A stretch of 64,000 bases of DNA from Tubulanus polymorphus (Eukaryota > Animalia > Nemertea): NCBI RefSeq assembly GCF_964204645.1, contig NC_134033.1:9680655-9744654 (forward strand), given 5' to 3'. The position numbers were made by a program, and so were the translations under genes. Numbering within the stretch: the first letter of the stretch is position 1; each line of letters opens with the position of its first letter. A model generated the notes under the pieces. That model worked only from the letters and a program-made list of their open reading frames with translations. It was not told where the DNA came from and made no database searches. Positions 20,212-33,731 of the stretch are shown here, one piece after another.

Positions 20212-21165
20212 TTAAAATTCAAAATATAATATTCCTCCGATTACAATTCCTATACAAGTTATAGCTAATTTAGTATTTTCATGGGATTTATTATCATCAT
20301 TTAGTTTAATTATATCATGTTGAATATTATCAGTTCTAATATTTTCTGATGTATTGTAATCTTTTATTTTGGAATCATTATCCAATTTAATATTCTTAGT
20401 TTTAGTTTCTGTTGATTGAATATGTTTTTTATTTTTTTCACCTTCCATTAATTTTGGAGCAGTAATTATCTTTTTATTTATATCATTTAATCCAAATGAA
20501 TTATTTATTGTTGCAGTTTTAATTAGATTATTGTAACCAATTATGTTTCCCATCTTTAATACTAAATCATTAGAAATAATAAATAGATTAGGGCCTATAC
20601 AATAATTTAATCTAATATGTGATTTATCTAGATAATTTTGATATCTTACAATGTTTTCCGGAATCGATCTATTTTTATCATTATGAATTGAATCTTCAAA
20701 TAATACTTTGAATTGTTTCTGTGTATCAAATGATGTATTTAAATTTCCAATTATTGGGGATCTTGTTTCAACTTGCGCACCTAAAATACATATCAAATAA
20801 GTTCTAATAGATTGATTTATTCTTTCTATACCTGATTTAGTAAAACCTTCACTATTTTCTAAAATAAAATAAACCCAACCATTATTGTTTTGTTGTTTTA
20901 AATGATCATAAAATTTCGGTAATTTATTGAAATTTAATGTTTCTAAATCCTTAGTTTCTATTTTACCATAACCTAATTTATTATTATAGATATTATAAAA
21001 ACTATTAGATGGTATGGGAAGTGCACAATATTCTGCAATCTTTTTAGGGCAAGGAAGTGATCTTATTGTTCCAATTTTTGTTCTAAAATCAGAATTATTT
21101 ATATCTATATTAAATTCATTGCAAATTTTATATGATTGTCGATTGCAAATTTTATATGATTGTCG
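20212..21165 (-). pseudogene. Conserved hypothetical Polinton protein with C-terminal TM anchor, 5'-truncated
   Basis: ICNEF..DFR, SEGFTKSGIERINQSIRTY..CILGAQVETRS.IIG, RYQ..L, IIGYNN. The first ~14 aa of the track ORF are antisense transposase sequence. Confidence 0.75.
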
Positions 21166-22825
21166 TTTGACGGAACGTGGCAGCGACGTGGTTTTGCGAG
21201 TCACCACGGGGTTGTCACTTCGATTTCTGTCGATACCGGTAAATGTCTGGACTACGAAATCCTTTCAAATATATGTAAAGGCTGTCAGTACTGGGAGAAA
21301 CAAGATCATAATTCAATGGACTATCTTCGCTGGAAAGCAGATCACCGATGTCGTATAAATCACACGGGAAGTGCCGGTTCCATGGAAACAGTTGCAACCT
21401 TGCGAATAGCTTTGCGTTCCGAACTCAGCCATAATTTACGATATACTGAGTTCCTTGGTAATGGCGATTCATCTTCATTTAGTTCTCTGTGTAAAGAAAG
21501 GCCGTATGGTCCGGATATTGGATTGAAAAAACTTGAGTGTTGTGGACACGTTCAAAAAAGAGTGGGGACTCGGTGCCGTAAAAAGAAAGCAGAGTTCAAA
21601 TCTAAAAAACTCAGTGATGGTAAAACTATTGGCGGTGCTGGAAGATTGACTGATAAAAAAGTTGATACTTTACAGAATTACTATGGTATGGCAATAAGGT
21701 CAAACGCTGGTGATCTTGATGCGATGGTTCGTGACGCCAGAGCTATCCTTCCTCACGTTGCATCAACCGCCGATCGACCGATGCATCAACTCTGTCCAGA
21801 AGGCCCAGATTCATGGTGTGGTTTTAAACGAGACAACTCCACTTATAAGCACAGCCATGGATTACCAGATGCAGTGTACCAGTTCCTGACACCGATGTTC
21901 GATGAACTGTGTAATCGAGAACTACTCAGTAAGTGCGTTCACGGCAAAACGCAAAATAACAATGAATGCCTGAACAAACTTATTTGGGATCGTTGCCAAA
22001 AGGAAGTGTTTGTTGAAAAAGAAACTGTTGAAGAGGCAGTATACAATGCAGTTTCTCATTTCAATGATGGATCTGTAAGTGTTATCCGTATGTACAGCTA
22101 TCTCGGAATAGCCGCTGGTCGATTCACTATCGCAGCCTGTATCGACGCGGACAAAATTCGGTGCGATAAATCGACCCGTAAATCATCTGCGGGGGTAAAA
22201 CAGCGAAGAAAGACTTTAAGATCATTAAAAAAGGGGTATTCAGATGTAACTAAAGATAAAGAAGGAATAATGTACGCTGCTGGAGAGTTCAATTAAAAGG
22301 AAATGTTTGATTCTGTTACATTTTGTCGTTTTTCTCAAAATCACTTTTTCAGGATTTTTCAGGTTTTTGAAACATTGTGGAGAAAAAACTAATCATTGGA
22401 TTGCCTTGAAATTTGGCATACATAATGACAATGTGTAACTCTTGTGCCTAAAACTTTGAGTTTTACTCTATGTGTATTAGTTGTAAAGTTATCAAGCTTT
22501 AGCCGCCAAACCCATATGTGGTTTTGTGTGCCGTCACAGTAAAAACCTTAATTTGTATATATTTTTTCAAAATATTCTAACTCTAAGAGTTTTATGCACT
22601 AGGTATCATTGTTATCTATGTTATTGCCAAGTTACAATACCCTAAGTCCAAAATGAAAGTTGCTAGAATGTTTAGCGAGAAGGTAGTTTTTTGGCGGCCA
22701 TCTTGGATTGCTAATTTGCATAATTTATGCGAAAACTAATTTTTTCGTCTAATCAAGCCAAGATGTACCCATATGCAAAATATGAGAACTGTAGCTGTTG
22801 GAACTTGCGATTTCATTCTAATCCT
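21161..22825 (+). mobile_element. Kolobok-type ('Mutator-like' family) DDE DNA transposon, 5'-truncated; transposase 21160-22296
   Basis: SFDGTWQRRG.S.HGVV, TGK.LDY, NHTGSAGSME, LG(D>N)GDS, CCGHVQKR, H..CPEGPDSWC, GKTQNNNECLN. Probable right terminus ...AATCCT|TTAC (TTAA-like). Confidence 0.8.
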
Positions 22826-22841
22826 TTACACCTACCTCAAA

Positions 22842-23030
22842 GTGTGTATCCCATGACATGTCCCCTCGAGCCACATGTCGGTTGACCAGTCAACCTGTAG
22901 ACCTTGTGTGTCCACCCCCAATTACGTAGTGTATGCCCGTAGACCTGCAAACCTGTTCAACGTGTGTATCCGATGACATGTCCCTTCGAGTCACATGTCA
23001 GTTGACCAGTCAACCTGTAGACCTTGTGTG
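22842..23030. repeat. 69-bp direct repeat (period 120) with two small hairpins
   Basis: GTGTGTATCC.ATGACATGTCCC.TCGAG.CACATGTC.GTTGACCAGTCAACCTGTAGACCTTGTGTG at 22842 and 22962. Confidence 0.85.
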
Positions 23031-26000
23031 GCGTAGGACTGGTATATATAAAGGTTTAACTTGTGTATGTCATGACTATCATAATTTTAGATATATTATA
23101 CACTCATGCGCATGAACATCTGCACTATTTTCGTCGTATACTATACTTGGGCCCTACACACATTGTGTATTTACATTTTCTGTAAATTTGCCATCATATT
23201 TAAGGGCCCAAATTGGATTTCAGATTGGTATCCTGGATAAAAATGCGGGATACCAGCTTTTCACATATGGCATGGAAGTCAAAACAAAATTATTTACTTT
23301 TATGCTGCGTAATTTTTTTTATCTTAAAATAGGGATTGTCCCTGTAATTTGGCTGGTAAATCTCGTTAGATTTTTTGATTGAGTGTCCCTTACACACCAA
23401 CCACACCTGCCAGGAGCGAAACAGGGGGACTTGATTTTGAAAACGGAAATTGTGTTGAGTTGTTAGCGTATGATATCTGTGTCTAATCTGTGCCATAGAT
23501 ATACTGAAGCGGAATACCGGGATTCGGGGTAGCGTGCTCTGGCAAGTGACTACAAAAATCTACTTCCGTTTTACGTTAAAATTCATAATGTCAAGTCTAA
23601 GGTCTCAACTCTCGGAATTTCCTCGACCAAGAGGGAATACAGTAACTCTCTCTCTCTCTTCCCATAATCCTATACATTTAAAGAAAAAGTTGCATATAGG
23701 CGTCGCTTCTAGGGTTCGCTCACGTCACCAGCATCTGGGAGGTAGAGAAGCTAGAAGGGGAAAATTCTCTTGTTTTCCTCCATGAGATTTAATGCGCAAA
23801 AATATGTCAAGTCTTCCTTTGGTGAGTGAGAATACTTCATGGAGTCCTAATTCTCAGTGATAAGTCATAATGGTAACACGGGTTACTGAATGTCCTCACA
23901 AATCACCCATGAAAAAGCGTGTGCATGTATGAAAAAACTGTGACCAAAAGAATTAATAGAAGAATCATGAATGAGTCAAATAAAATAAAAATCCCCTAGC
24001 TTTCTCTCCGACTGAGGAGGAAATACTGGACTGCGTCCAGCGCTACAAGTATTTCCGGCCTCCACAGCCGACCTGATCAGGCGTTTAGCTTCAAAAAGAA
24101 TAATAGATACCAACTAAATAAAACGAGGAGCATTCACCAATATTTGGCCTCTCCCACTAGAGGGTGCCCTCAATATTTCCCCTTTTTGAAGACTTACATG
24201 ATGCCCAAAACTCTCCAACCCACAAGATTCTTCAAGAATATTTTATGGTGTCACAGAATCCCAAAGATGCACACGAAAATCCTTTCCTCAAATGATAGTA
24301 AATCCGACACCACAAATATAGTTTAGGGGAAAAGGCAAAGATTTAGAATTTTATGTATATGATAATATTCTCTTGAATACTATTTATTATTTCTTGAAAA
24401 TATTCAAACAATGAACAATATGTACACAACCTCGAGGTTATCTCTTATTTACAACATTTTAAGTAGATGAGATGGCCAACCGGCCACCAAAGGAGGAGAT
24501 TAACAAAGGCATATTGCCTTTAATACAAGTGCACGACTCGCACCAGAAACCACTAGTATTAAGAATAAAGATTTCAGATAGTCTAACATTACGCCTCAAC
24601 AATAGTTACTTAAGCCCTGCGCTCGTTTTACGCTAAAGAAAATGTAACTCTAAGTGCTCTTAATAAAGATAAGAATTTTCGCTATATTTAATCATAGTTC
24701 CAATTAAGTATTTATTTAATTATTTTCCTTTTATGTTTATGTTAGAGATGGTCACTATTCCGAAAACTCAAAAGTTGAGGGAAAAACCAAGAGAGGAAAT
24801 CGGAAAGAAGAATACTTTCGGGGAATAATTCAAAGGAGAAAGCCTCCTTGAACCCTGAAAGATTGTTTTCCGAAAACATCTTGGAAGAAAAACAACTTTG
24901 AGAATAAAGACCAAGAAATATTTAAAGAGAATCAGTGCTAAGTATGACTTACTAAGAAAATTAGATTAATCCCTCCCCCCCCCCCCCCATAGTTCGAAAT
25001 CTTAGTAATACACACCTAAGAATGTGCACCGAGACTAATTAATAAAGCACTTTGCCTTTCATAGAGCCCAGATTATGACATAACCCCATCTAATTGGCTA
25101 AAACAAAGCACCCCGAGCATACAATATAATTAAGAACCGTATAGTGGCGCCATCTCGGGCACAGAGCACAGCATAAAAATATCGATTTAAGCACGGGAAC
25201 ATCGATTAAGGCACATTAACTTGAAAAATACAAACCGGGAGTGACCCGAACACATAGAAAAGGTCTTTAGGTACAGTTTTTGAATTCAAATTAAATCATA
25301 CAATATTTCATTAAGATAGAAATAAAAATCGGTTCCTGAACTTCGCTGAAACGCTGAAAAGCTGAAACGCTGAAATAAAAACGCTGAAATTTCAGGGAAT
25401 TTCCGAAAAAGGCCGAAATTTCAGGGAATTCCCGAAAAACGCTGAAATCGTGCTAGGTACCGACAATACACGTTTTGAAATTCTTTCCGGTCCGGTGTCC
25501 GCTGCCGTGTCCTGAACCGTGTTTTAGACTCTACCTTCTGCTACAGAGACATGCCTTGAGGTCGTCGTCATGTTCGACTTGATCGATTGCGGATTGCGTG
25601 GATTGTTAGATTTGTTTTTTGTTTTATGCGCATATACCGGTACGATCTAACAATGAAATTATCACTTCATTTGAATAAATTCTTAATTACAGTAATATTA
25701 ATTCTCAACATTTTTTCTTTTGGTGTTTGGTGATTTCTTCCAACTTATCATTGCCAAGTCTCATACAAAAGTAGTAGCTGAATGAAAGTACAGCTAGTAA
25801 GGCTGAACCTGATAACCCAAATTAAGTGCTAGCATGAAACTTATGACTACTTTGTTTCAACCGTCCTAGTATACTGTACTTAGCATTACTACGATTGGGT
25901 GCCATATTTCTACAATCTCTACAAGGAAGGAGTCTTGGAGTGTCTTTCGTTCCCGGGTAGGCATCCTCGCTTGCCAGGGGACCAGTATCGCTCCCAAACT

Positions 26001-27160
26001 CGCTTCCACCAGCCCCCTGGCCTCACGACGCGCGATTTCATTACCGGCGCTTTAGCGAATGACGTCATATATCAACACGCGACTATACTTCCGTTTTCGC
26101 TACGTGTTCGCTGATTGGTCCATTTACCGGGAAATTCCATAGATGCCCAATGTCATTTGTAATAAGCGCTGTGATTGGCCCGACCTGATTCTGGTCGGCT
26201 AGTAACGACTTGTGAGGTCAAGCGGTTCGGAGAACAGCATTAGTGTAGTGGGTTTGAATCCCTTGACAGGTGAAGATGCCGGGTAGGGTACGGGGTAAAA
26301 CCTGGTGCACTGCACATTGTGGATTGACTGGAACTCTAAACTCACAAAATTAAACGAGTCAACAAGAAAGATAATAATTTGACGTTTGTCAAATTATATT
26401 ATTTAACAGCTTAAAATAATACTTAACACATTCTACAAGAGTACACAAAAGAAATCAGTTCTTACATTATATCAGAATCAATAGTTCGCTTAACTCGGGC
26501 TTAAATTCTGGTTCCATTGCTTCATATTCTAATGAAATTCACTAGCATACCTTAGAATATCGCTTAGCTTAAGATAAACAATTTGGTACCAGGAAAACGA
26601 GGAAGTAAAGTGGGTGTACTGTACATCCGATATTGACTTATTTCTCCCTGGTTGAATCGAGTTATTACTGAAATAGCATTCGAATAGCCATTTTGTTTTT
26701 AAAAATTGTGTCGTTCAGCTATCCTGCTGCAAATTTCGCAGTTGAAGTTAACTAGTGCCATCTGATTTCTCAGTATCTCAAATTTGCACATTCTTAGCCC
26801 GAGTCTAAAAATAGAAAAAAGTGCATTTAAAGTAGGAAATAAAAGAATAGTGGCTACACCCTGGAGATATAGCCTATGGGGTGGGCCTAGTTTGAAAGCA
26901 CTGAGGTCCGAGGGAACAGCACTTTGTAAATAAATACTGAAATTAAACTTACAAAACAATACTTGAGATGATGTACTTGACATGAAGTGTGTCCAGCTAA
27001 CCAAATCAACTTTGTCTATGACTCCTCCTTTTATAGATACCGTAGTAGTCTAAAAATAAGAATCGGTACATTTTTCTAACAGTTGGTATGTCATTTTTGA
27101 AAAAAAAAACTTCACAACACAGCAAATAAATTACAGTTGTTGAATGGTTTGCACGATTTA

Positions 27161-27535
27161 GATTACGAAGTGGCTACTCGTACGGACCCGGGCGAATAAT
27201 TCCGTAGGCTATTCGTACGCACCCGTCGGATAACTCTGGAATTATGTGTACGGGAAGGGATAGGGTTAGGGTAAGGTGAGGCTATATGTAGTTAAAACAT
27301 TCAAACGATTGTCGGCGAGCTCGATGGTCTAGTGGTATGATGCTGCGCTAGTAACTTACTGGCCCGGGTTCGAGTTTCGCTCGATCCGCTATTTTTCTCT
27401 AACTCTATTCTCCACACTTTCCTTGAATTTTCTAAGTCGTGCACCTCTGTACGCATGCGCGGCGTTAATCGGCCAATCAGCGACAGTTATTAGCGTACAG
27501 ATCCTAGTTCCGTACGAATAGCCTCCAGAGTAATC
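27161..27535 (+). mobile_element. MITE with internal tRNA-like Pol III promoter (copy 1)
   Basis: TIR GATTAC..GGCTAYTCGTACGGA; TAGGGTTAGGGT motif; A-box TGGTCTAGTGG and B-box GGTTCGAGT at ~27318-27385; second copy at 63555. Confidence 0.8.
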
Positions 27536-27697
27536 CGCACAGCGTTTAGATTAATTGGTTGACGGTAATTAGTATGACCTATAAGTGTAACGGTGTAACT
27601 CCCGCCTGTAATTGTATTGTAATATAGTGTATTTGTATTGGTATTAATAAATGTTAACGATAGGTGGCATACCTATCGCTCTCTTGAAAAGAATCCT

Positions 27698-30600
27698 TTG
27701 TCCTGGTGAGTCGTGTGTTATCTTTTGTCCCGCATTATGAGTTTTCCGGTTTGCTCGGCTACCCGTACTGGCGGGGTAGTCTAGAGAGGCCAATGAAAAC
27801 TCCGGTTTGCTGAACCACCCCTCTTTGCGGGGATGCGGTATGATGTTTGATCTGACAGTTTCAAGTGGTTAATGGCTGTTTCAAGTGCTTACAACGATGC
27901 TTATTACTTCGTGGTACATGGTGGTTTAAAAAAAGATTTCATAATAATACGCTCACCGCGTGGGCTTCGTAGAAAGACCACTACCTGTGACCTTCCCAGA
28001 TTTTAATTGTCCTGTCCGATTTGGTTTCATCCAATTGAGAGACTGCCTTTTCCAGGGCATTTTTGGATCACGTCACTCCAGGAAATGACTTAACGCTTTT
28101 GGGCCCCTTCGTCGGTTCCACATGTTTCATTTGAGCTATAGACCACAATGGTGACACCATGATGGTTAGTAACTGACCAATTGAGATATCCCCGAGTCTG
28201 AACACTTGACTTCGAATTTCGGAAATTCATCATGTAATGTTTGTTTTCAAACTACTAAGGAATCATCATTGCAAATTCATCACTGACCATCACTGACCAC
28301 CAATGACCAATTCAAACTTCTCGAATATGAAAACGATATGCCGCGTTATGGTGTCAAACTAGAAAGGATTCGCCATTGAAAATTAATAAATTGACCATCA
28401 CTGACCACCACTGACCAATTGAAACTTCTTGAAAGAACGATATACCGGTACCGCATTTGATGTGAAACTAGAAAGGAGTCGCCATTGAAAATTCATAAAT
28501 TGACCATCACTGACCACCACTGACCAATTGAAACTTCTTGAAAGAACGATATACCGGTACCGCATTTGGTGTGAAACTAGAAAAGATTCGCCATTAAAAT
28601 TCATAAATTGACCATCACTGACCACCACTGCCCAAGTGAAACTTCTCAAATATCGTGGTCGAATTCGAAAGTGCTTGTCGTCGTATTGCTATTTCTAGAA
28701 ACCAGCAGAAAGTTTTGCTACTGTTTTTGAATGGCGTTGACATGATGGAAATTTATTACCCATAAATGGGTTACACATCTGGATCACAGCACCTCACTTA
28801 CCGCAGTGCGTTATTTTCACTGCATAGTAATGCTAATACATAAACTTTTTTACTACTTGACTCGAATCATCTGAACAGTACTGCGATTGAAAACTCAACG
28901 AATAGAAAATGTTTGCGGGAAGCGCCTACAAATAAGTTATAATAAGATTAATTAATCGATGCATGAAAAACAATTAAATCACAATGTGACTAACACTCGT
29001 CTTTCAAGCAATCTGCGCGATACCAATTAATTAAATCATTAAACGCATTGGGTTCCTAATATTTGAAATCATGTGATACAATAGTTGTTCTTTAGACTTG
29101 GCCACTTTCATTTCAGAAAACCGCGTACTAGACCAGTGATCACCGAGGCATTAACCATTCCTTCAAGTTATGAAAATTCGATGGTGACGCGGATTCTTCG
29201 CCTCTAAAAACTGTTTCGTTAATAGTTTTCTTTATATGAAAAGTGTTCATAGGAATTAAAATTTGGAGTGATAACAGTCACAGCTGTAACCCTTTTTCAT
29301 TGTCAGTTCTTTTTTGGAATTCAAGTAGATTAGTGAAAATATCAATGATGAAGTTCACTTATTATATCAAGTACCGTTTTTACTGTCGCATGCGAGTCGA
29401 AACAAAAAGATCTATCCAAACTGCATATCTTCGGGTATAAACTGTGATATCCTTCAGTATGTTATGAATATCTTTAAAAATTTGTGTTCTAATATAATAC
29501 CCGAAGGTTTAACTATCGGACACATAAAAGATTCGCCATAATCAAAGTCTTTAAGAAAATCTTTCTTCGAGAAAGAAAGATCTTTAAAAGAACGATTGGC
29601 GTCAAACTAAACCATAATGGACTGAGAAAATCCACCTGAGACATTTAAAGATTTTGAAGCGAAATTTATTCATATAAATCAAAAATGCATGAATAACTTG
29701 ACGTTATTTGCGGGTCTCATGAAACACTTTCGTGCGCTCTTTTTAAATCTAAAATAGCATAAATACATGCGTGTTTCGTTATAAACAAGGTTAAATTCCA
29801 AACGCACATGAAATATGGAGCCTGTATCACACGATATACACATCTTGAATTTTCTTTAACTACGTAGGCCCTTTCCAAATGGGAATTGTTCAGTTTTTTA
29901 ACGACCGACATTCAGAGGCACCTAAAAAACCGGTTGTATAGCGCTTGAGATTTTCAGTGTAGGGCACATCTCACATCGACTCGGCTCGCGGTCGGTGGTT
30001 TAATGGGAACACATCTGGTTGTTACTAGTTTAACAGTTGACGAATTCAGAAAACTTTTTTCCAATGTCTTTGATAACTTTTTAAACATAGTATTCTTCTT
30101 AATTACATTTCGCTGATTCCATAGATATTTTTTCATGAAAATTGCTCCAGTTATAACGGATTTAAACATACATGTAAAATGATTATTTTCAAAATATTCA
30201 ATTTTCTCCGATTTTGAAGAAATTCTGACACAATATCATCTCCACTCGACACATGATTTTACTTCGGTGCCTTTGAAGGGAGTGTCACTTGTTGTTGAGT
30301 TCATATTTAGTCAAACAAGAAGATATGCCTGATTCCTTTTTAGAATTTAGATTTCGACGGATATCATCAAATTACTAGAAAGGGACAGCAGCTTTCGGTC
30401 ATCCGCAAAAAATACCTAAAATTCTCTCCTATGGTTATGGAAAAACATGTCACGAAACATACGGAAAATCCTTTGTTTGGTAGACTGAAATTATTGAACT
30501 CTTAAATAGCAACATTCAGAGAAACAAAAACATAAGAATATATTCTCGCCCACCCTTGAAAAAAACAACGTGATTTCAATTGAAGATGACACGTAGCCTC

Positions 30601-33600
30601 ATATCAAATGATTATGAACGATACAGAGCCTATTCATTCTCTTTACGAGGATGGGTCTCCACATTCATAGGATACGATACGAGATTCGTGGGTACGAATG
30701 ATGACTACAACTGATAAAGCCCCAATTTCACTGATTCTTGCACATAAAGGTGTTTTAGAGTAATCTAGTTAACATGTGTGTTTTAGGAGTATTTTGAATT
30801 TAAATTCAAATCGGGGTTCATGACGAATATTGAGCATTCTAGGGCTGGAGCAAGAAACGTGTGGGATCGTCCGCCAATGGTATCGCCAAAGAAATAATAA
30901 GGAGCCAGTCCGTGGTGGCTATTGAAAGCGACGACCGCATGTGAATGCATTGATTGAATGACATCTCAAAAGTCAGATTATATAAAATTGAACATGATAT
31001 ATGGATAGGTTATTCCATATATACTGGTAAAAATGATGCCCAATATGTGATATAAATATTTAATTAAAAAGTAGAAACCTAATCCATAACTCAGTCTGGT
31101 ATTGTTATAACATCAAACACTCAAATTTAATCCTTTGTTAGATTGGTAGCCAGTGTAGATGAGCAAGAATAGTGGTCCCTAATTTTAGTGTGGACTGTTC
31201 AACAAGTTGGAGTTTGTATAGAGATGAATGAGTTTAAAATGGAGTGGAATTTAGATAATACTGTTTGAATGTCTATTACTCAATATTTTTATTGATCATA
31301 AAAAATTGTGGTAAAATATTTGACTCTAGGGTTGGTTTTAGATTGTATCTCTCCACGCCAGAGGTAATCACGGATATTGGACTACACAAAATTCCTTGTG
31401 TACAGCTCAACTTTTAAAATCCCTGGAAAAGCTCGCCACGGATATATCTCAGTAATGATTAATTTTCCCACAAATTCTCCCCTTCGAAAAACCTAAACAA
31501 CCAATGCACGCTTGCTCTAAGTTTGCCAATGCACTATTGTTACCTTTTCCAGCTATTTGCGCTAGCTGTTTGTCGCAAATAGATTGCATCCTCTATTACA
31601 GGAGTAAAGGATACAGCTCTGGGACCCGTTTCTTAAAAGATAGTTTAAATTAGCCATCATCCAATATGATACATGACTAAATACACTGAAAAAGATCAAC
31701 TATGTACACATTTCAAATTTCAAACCATGTTTTATCATTAGAAAATTACGACACAACGTTCGATCTCTCACTAGAGATAATCTTTTTGAATTTGTACACT
31801 GAGTTTTCGTATCGTATTATCGTATTTTCAATTCTCTGCTTTTGAGTCAACAAGTACAAAGTTATTTTAGCAATGAAAATTTAATCGTCATTATAAATGT
31901 TAACTATCCACTGGTAAACTTACTAACTTTTGGCAACTGACCTTAGATCGTGGAATGGTCTCAGGTGGCCTGCTGATCCCCTCTTTATTTATACTACTGA
32001 AGAAATATACAGTATAAGACGTAAAAAGTATATGAACATATTATTTATCTTTGTATCGCGATAATTCGTGTACGTATGATTGAAAAACGATATTCTATCG
32101 AATCTCATGGTACTTATGATTATTGTGTATAGAATCAATAATTAGCAACCATCCACGGATACGAAGCAGCCTAAACTTACATCCTACCAAAATTATCCTC
32201 GAAACTCTCAGCATTATTTCAAGGGTCGGTCTTAGAAAATATATGAAGGACGTGCTCACAGGTTAACGAGGCCAAAAATCTTCCCCAAAATTTCAAATTT
32301 TTACAAGCAAAGATAATATACTTCATGCTTTTGGTGCAGAAAAAAATACATGTCCACAAAATGCAAATTGTGTTTTCAAAGTAAACGATTGAGTGTGGAA
32401 TTGTTTCGAATTCAAGGTTTTCCCATTAACACTCCGGTATTTTTCAATAAGTCAAACTATTGTTGATGTGATCAGATGGCCAGTTGAATACTTCATCATT
32501 ATATTGAAAGATATGTTACACTTAATGCATCTTTTCTTAGGCCTTACAGCTTTCTCTATTGGTTAGCGTTGTGATCACTCAAAATTAACCATAAGTTTGA
32601 ATTCTCACTGATCTACTACATCTCTACAACAAAAATATATTTCATATTAGGCGATTAACTTTGATCTGTGGTCAGTGGACAGCAGCTACGAAACATTTCA
32701 AACTACTACGTTATCATTCCATCTATTCATGTATATATAATATGATATGATATCTTCTTTGTTCAGTTTAAAAGTCTTGATCGTAAAAGTTTGACAAGTC
32801 TCGCATGTTGGTACCGATACGCACGTTCACGCGAGTGAAATGTGCACGTTACAGGCTCAAATGCGCACGTTACAATTACAAATGGAAACGTTGTTCGTTC
32901 AAAACCCTACGTAAAAATCTTATGCATTTTAGCGGAATTTCAAAGTCAGCTCGCTACCTACAACAAAAATCGGACAAGACTTTTTCAAGCGACACATTTA
33001 AATGTAAGAGCTAGTAGTACTAACGAAGGATTCACTAAACATATAAATTACTTATGGGGGTTCTGGTTAGCACTGGTAACTGGTCTGTACTGGTCAAGCA
33101 TTGGTCAGTTAAACATTTTTTAGATTAATGCCCACATCATATCTATTTATTTGACACCAAACAACTTAATTGTTTGCAAACAAATAATTTGCTATACGGT
33201 CAGTACTGGTCATGCATTGGTCAGTTAAAAGACCATGGTCCACGCCACATTTGATACCAAACATGATTGGATTGTGTCGTTTCGAAAATTTATCGGTTGG
33301 GCAATTTGTGGTCTGCCCTGGTTCGTTAGGTTCTTATTTTGCGGGCATTTTATCTCGAACCACCGAAAGACCGAATCACTAATTAATTCACCAGATCGTT
33401 AATTGCTGATAATGAAGATTAGTGTTTAACTAATAGTCCTTGTCTGAACAAAATGTCTCTGGTATGGGTGCTATGGAATCATGTCCTTAACTGTACACCG
33501 TACTGTATCTTTGTACTGTATCTTTTTATTTTCACTACTACCGTAATTGACTATGATGTTTTCAAGTGGTCTTAAGTACCGCTAATAGCCGAAAGTCGTT

Positions 33601-33731
33601 GATTTATGTGAAATTTACATACAGCGCCACCCGTTGATAGTAAAACTAACCCGAGCAATACGGGTGTTAAATAGATACGCTAGCAAACCGGCATTCTCAT
33701 AATGGGTTCAAGACCCGGAACGTCCCCTACT
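27698..33731. mobile_element. Unclassified ~6-kb insertion within the 5' LTR
   Basis: Absent from the 3' LTR. Subterminal inverted repeats 27733-27755 / 33682-33704 (19/23); no long ORF and no clear TSD. Confidence 0.6.
28262..28648. repeat. ~109-bp tandem repeat, about 3.5 copies
   Basis: TGACCATCACTGACCACCACTGACCAATTGAAACTTCT... recurs at ~28284, 28392, 28501 and 28609. Confidence 0.9.

Larger units (their letters stand above)
1..21165. mobile_element. Endogenous Polinton/Maverick (adintovirus-like) element, degenerate; left part outside the window, right end truncated
   Basis: Very AT-rich, intronless, tightly packed genes: pPolB, penton, rve integrase+chromo, A32-like ATPase, major capsid. 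Interrupted by foreign DNA at ~1960-3230 and 9430-16580. No TIR or cysteine protease seen in the window. Confidence 0.92.

Noticed and set aside
21160-21207. Overlapping bidirectional genes (track ORFs 20212-21207 and 21160-22296)
   Set aside because: The overlap results from the deletion junction; neither start codon is native.
23490-25329. Second DIRS/LTR remnant (short inverted match at ~23745 / ~24000; TGGCGCC at 25145)
   Set aside because: No coding remnant or paired terminal repeats could be established.
27318-27385. Functional tRNA gene (also 42050-42120, 59965-60050, 63707-63775)
   Set aside because: A/B boxes are present but acceptor and anticodon stems do not pair; embedded in repeats.
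29243-33123. Short ORFs within the LTR insert, and antisense ORFs throughout the retroelements
   Set aside because: No recognisable motifs; consistent with chance or shadow ORFs.
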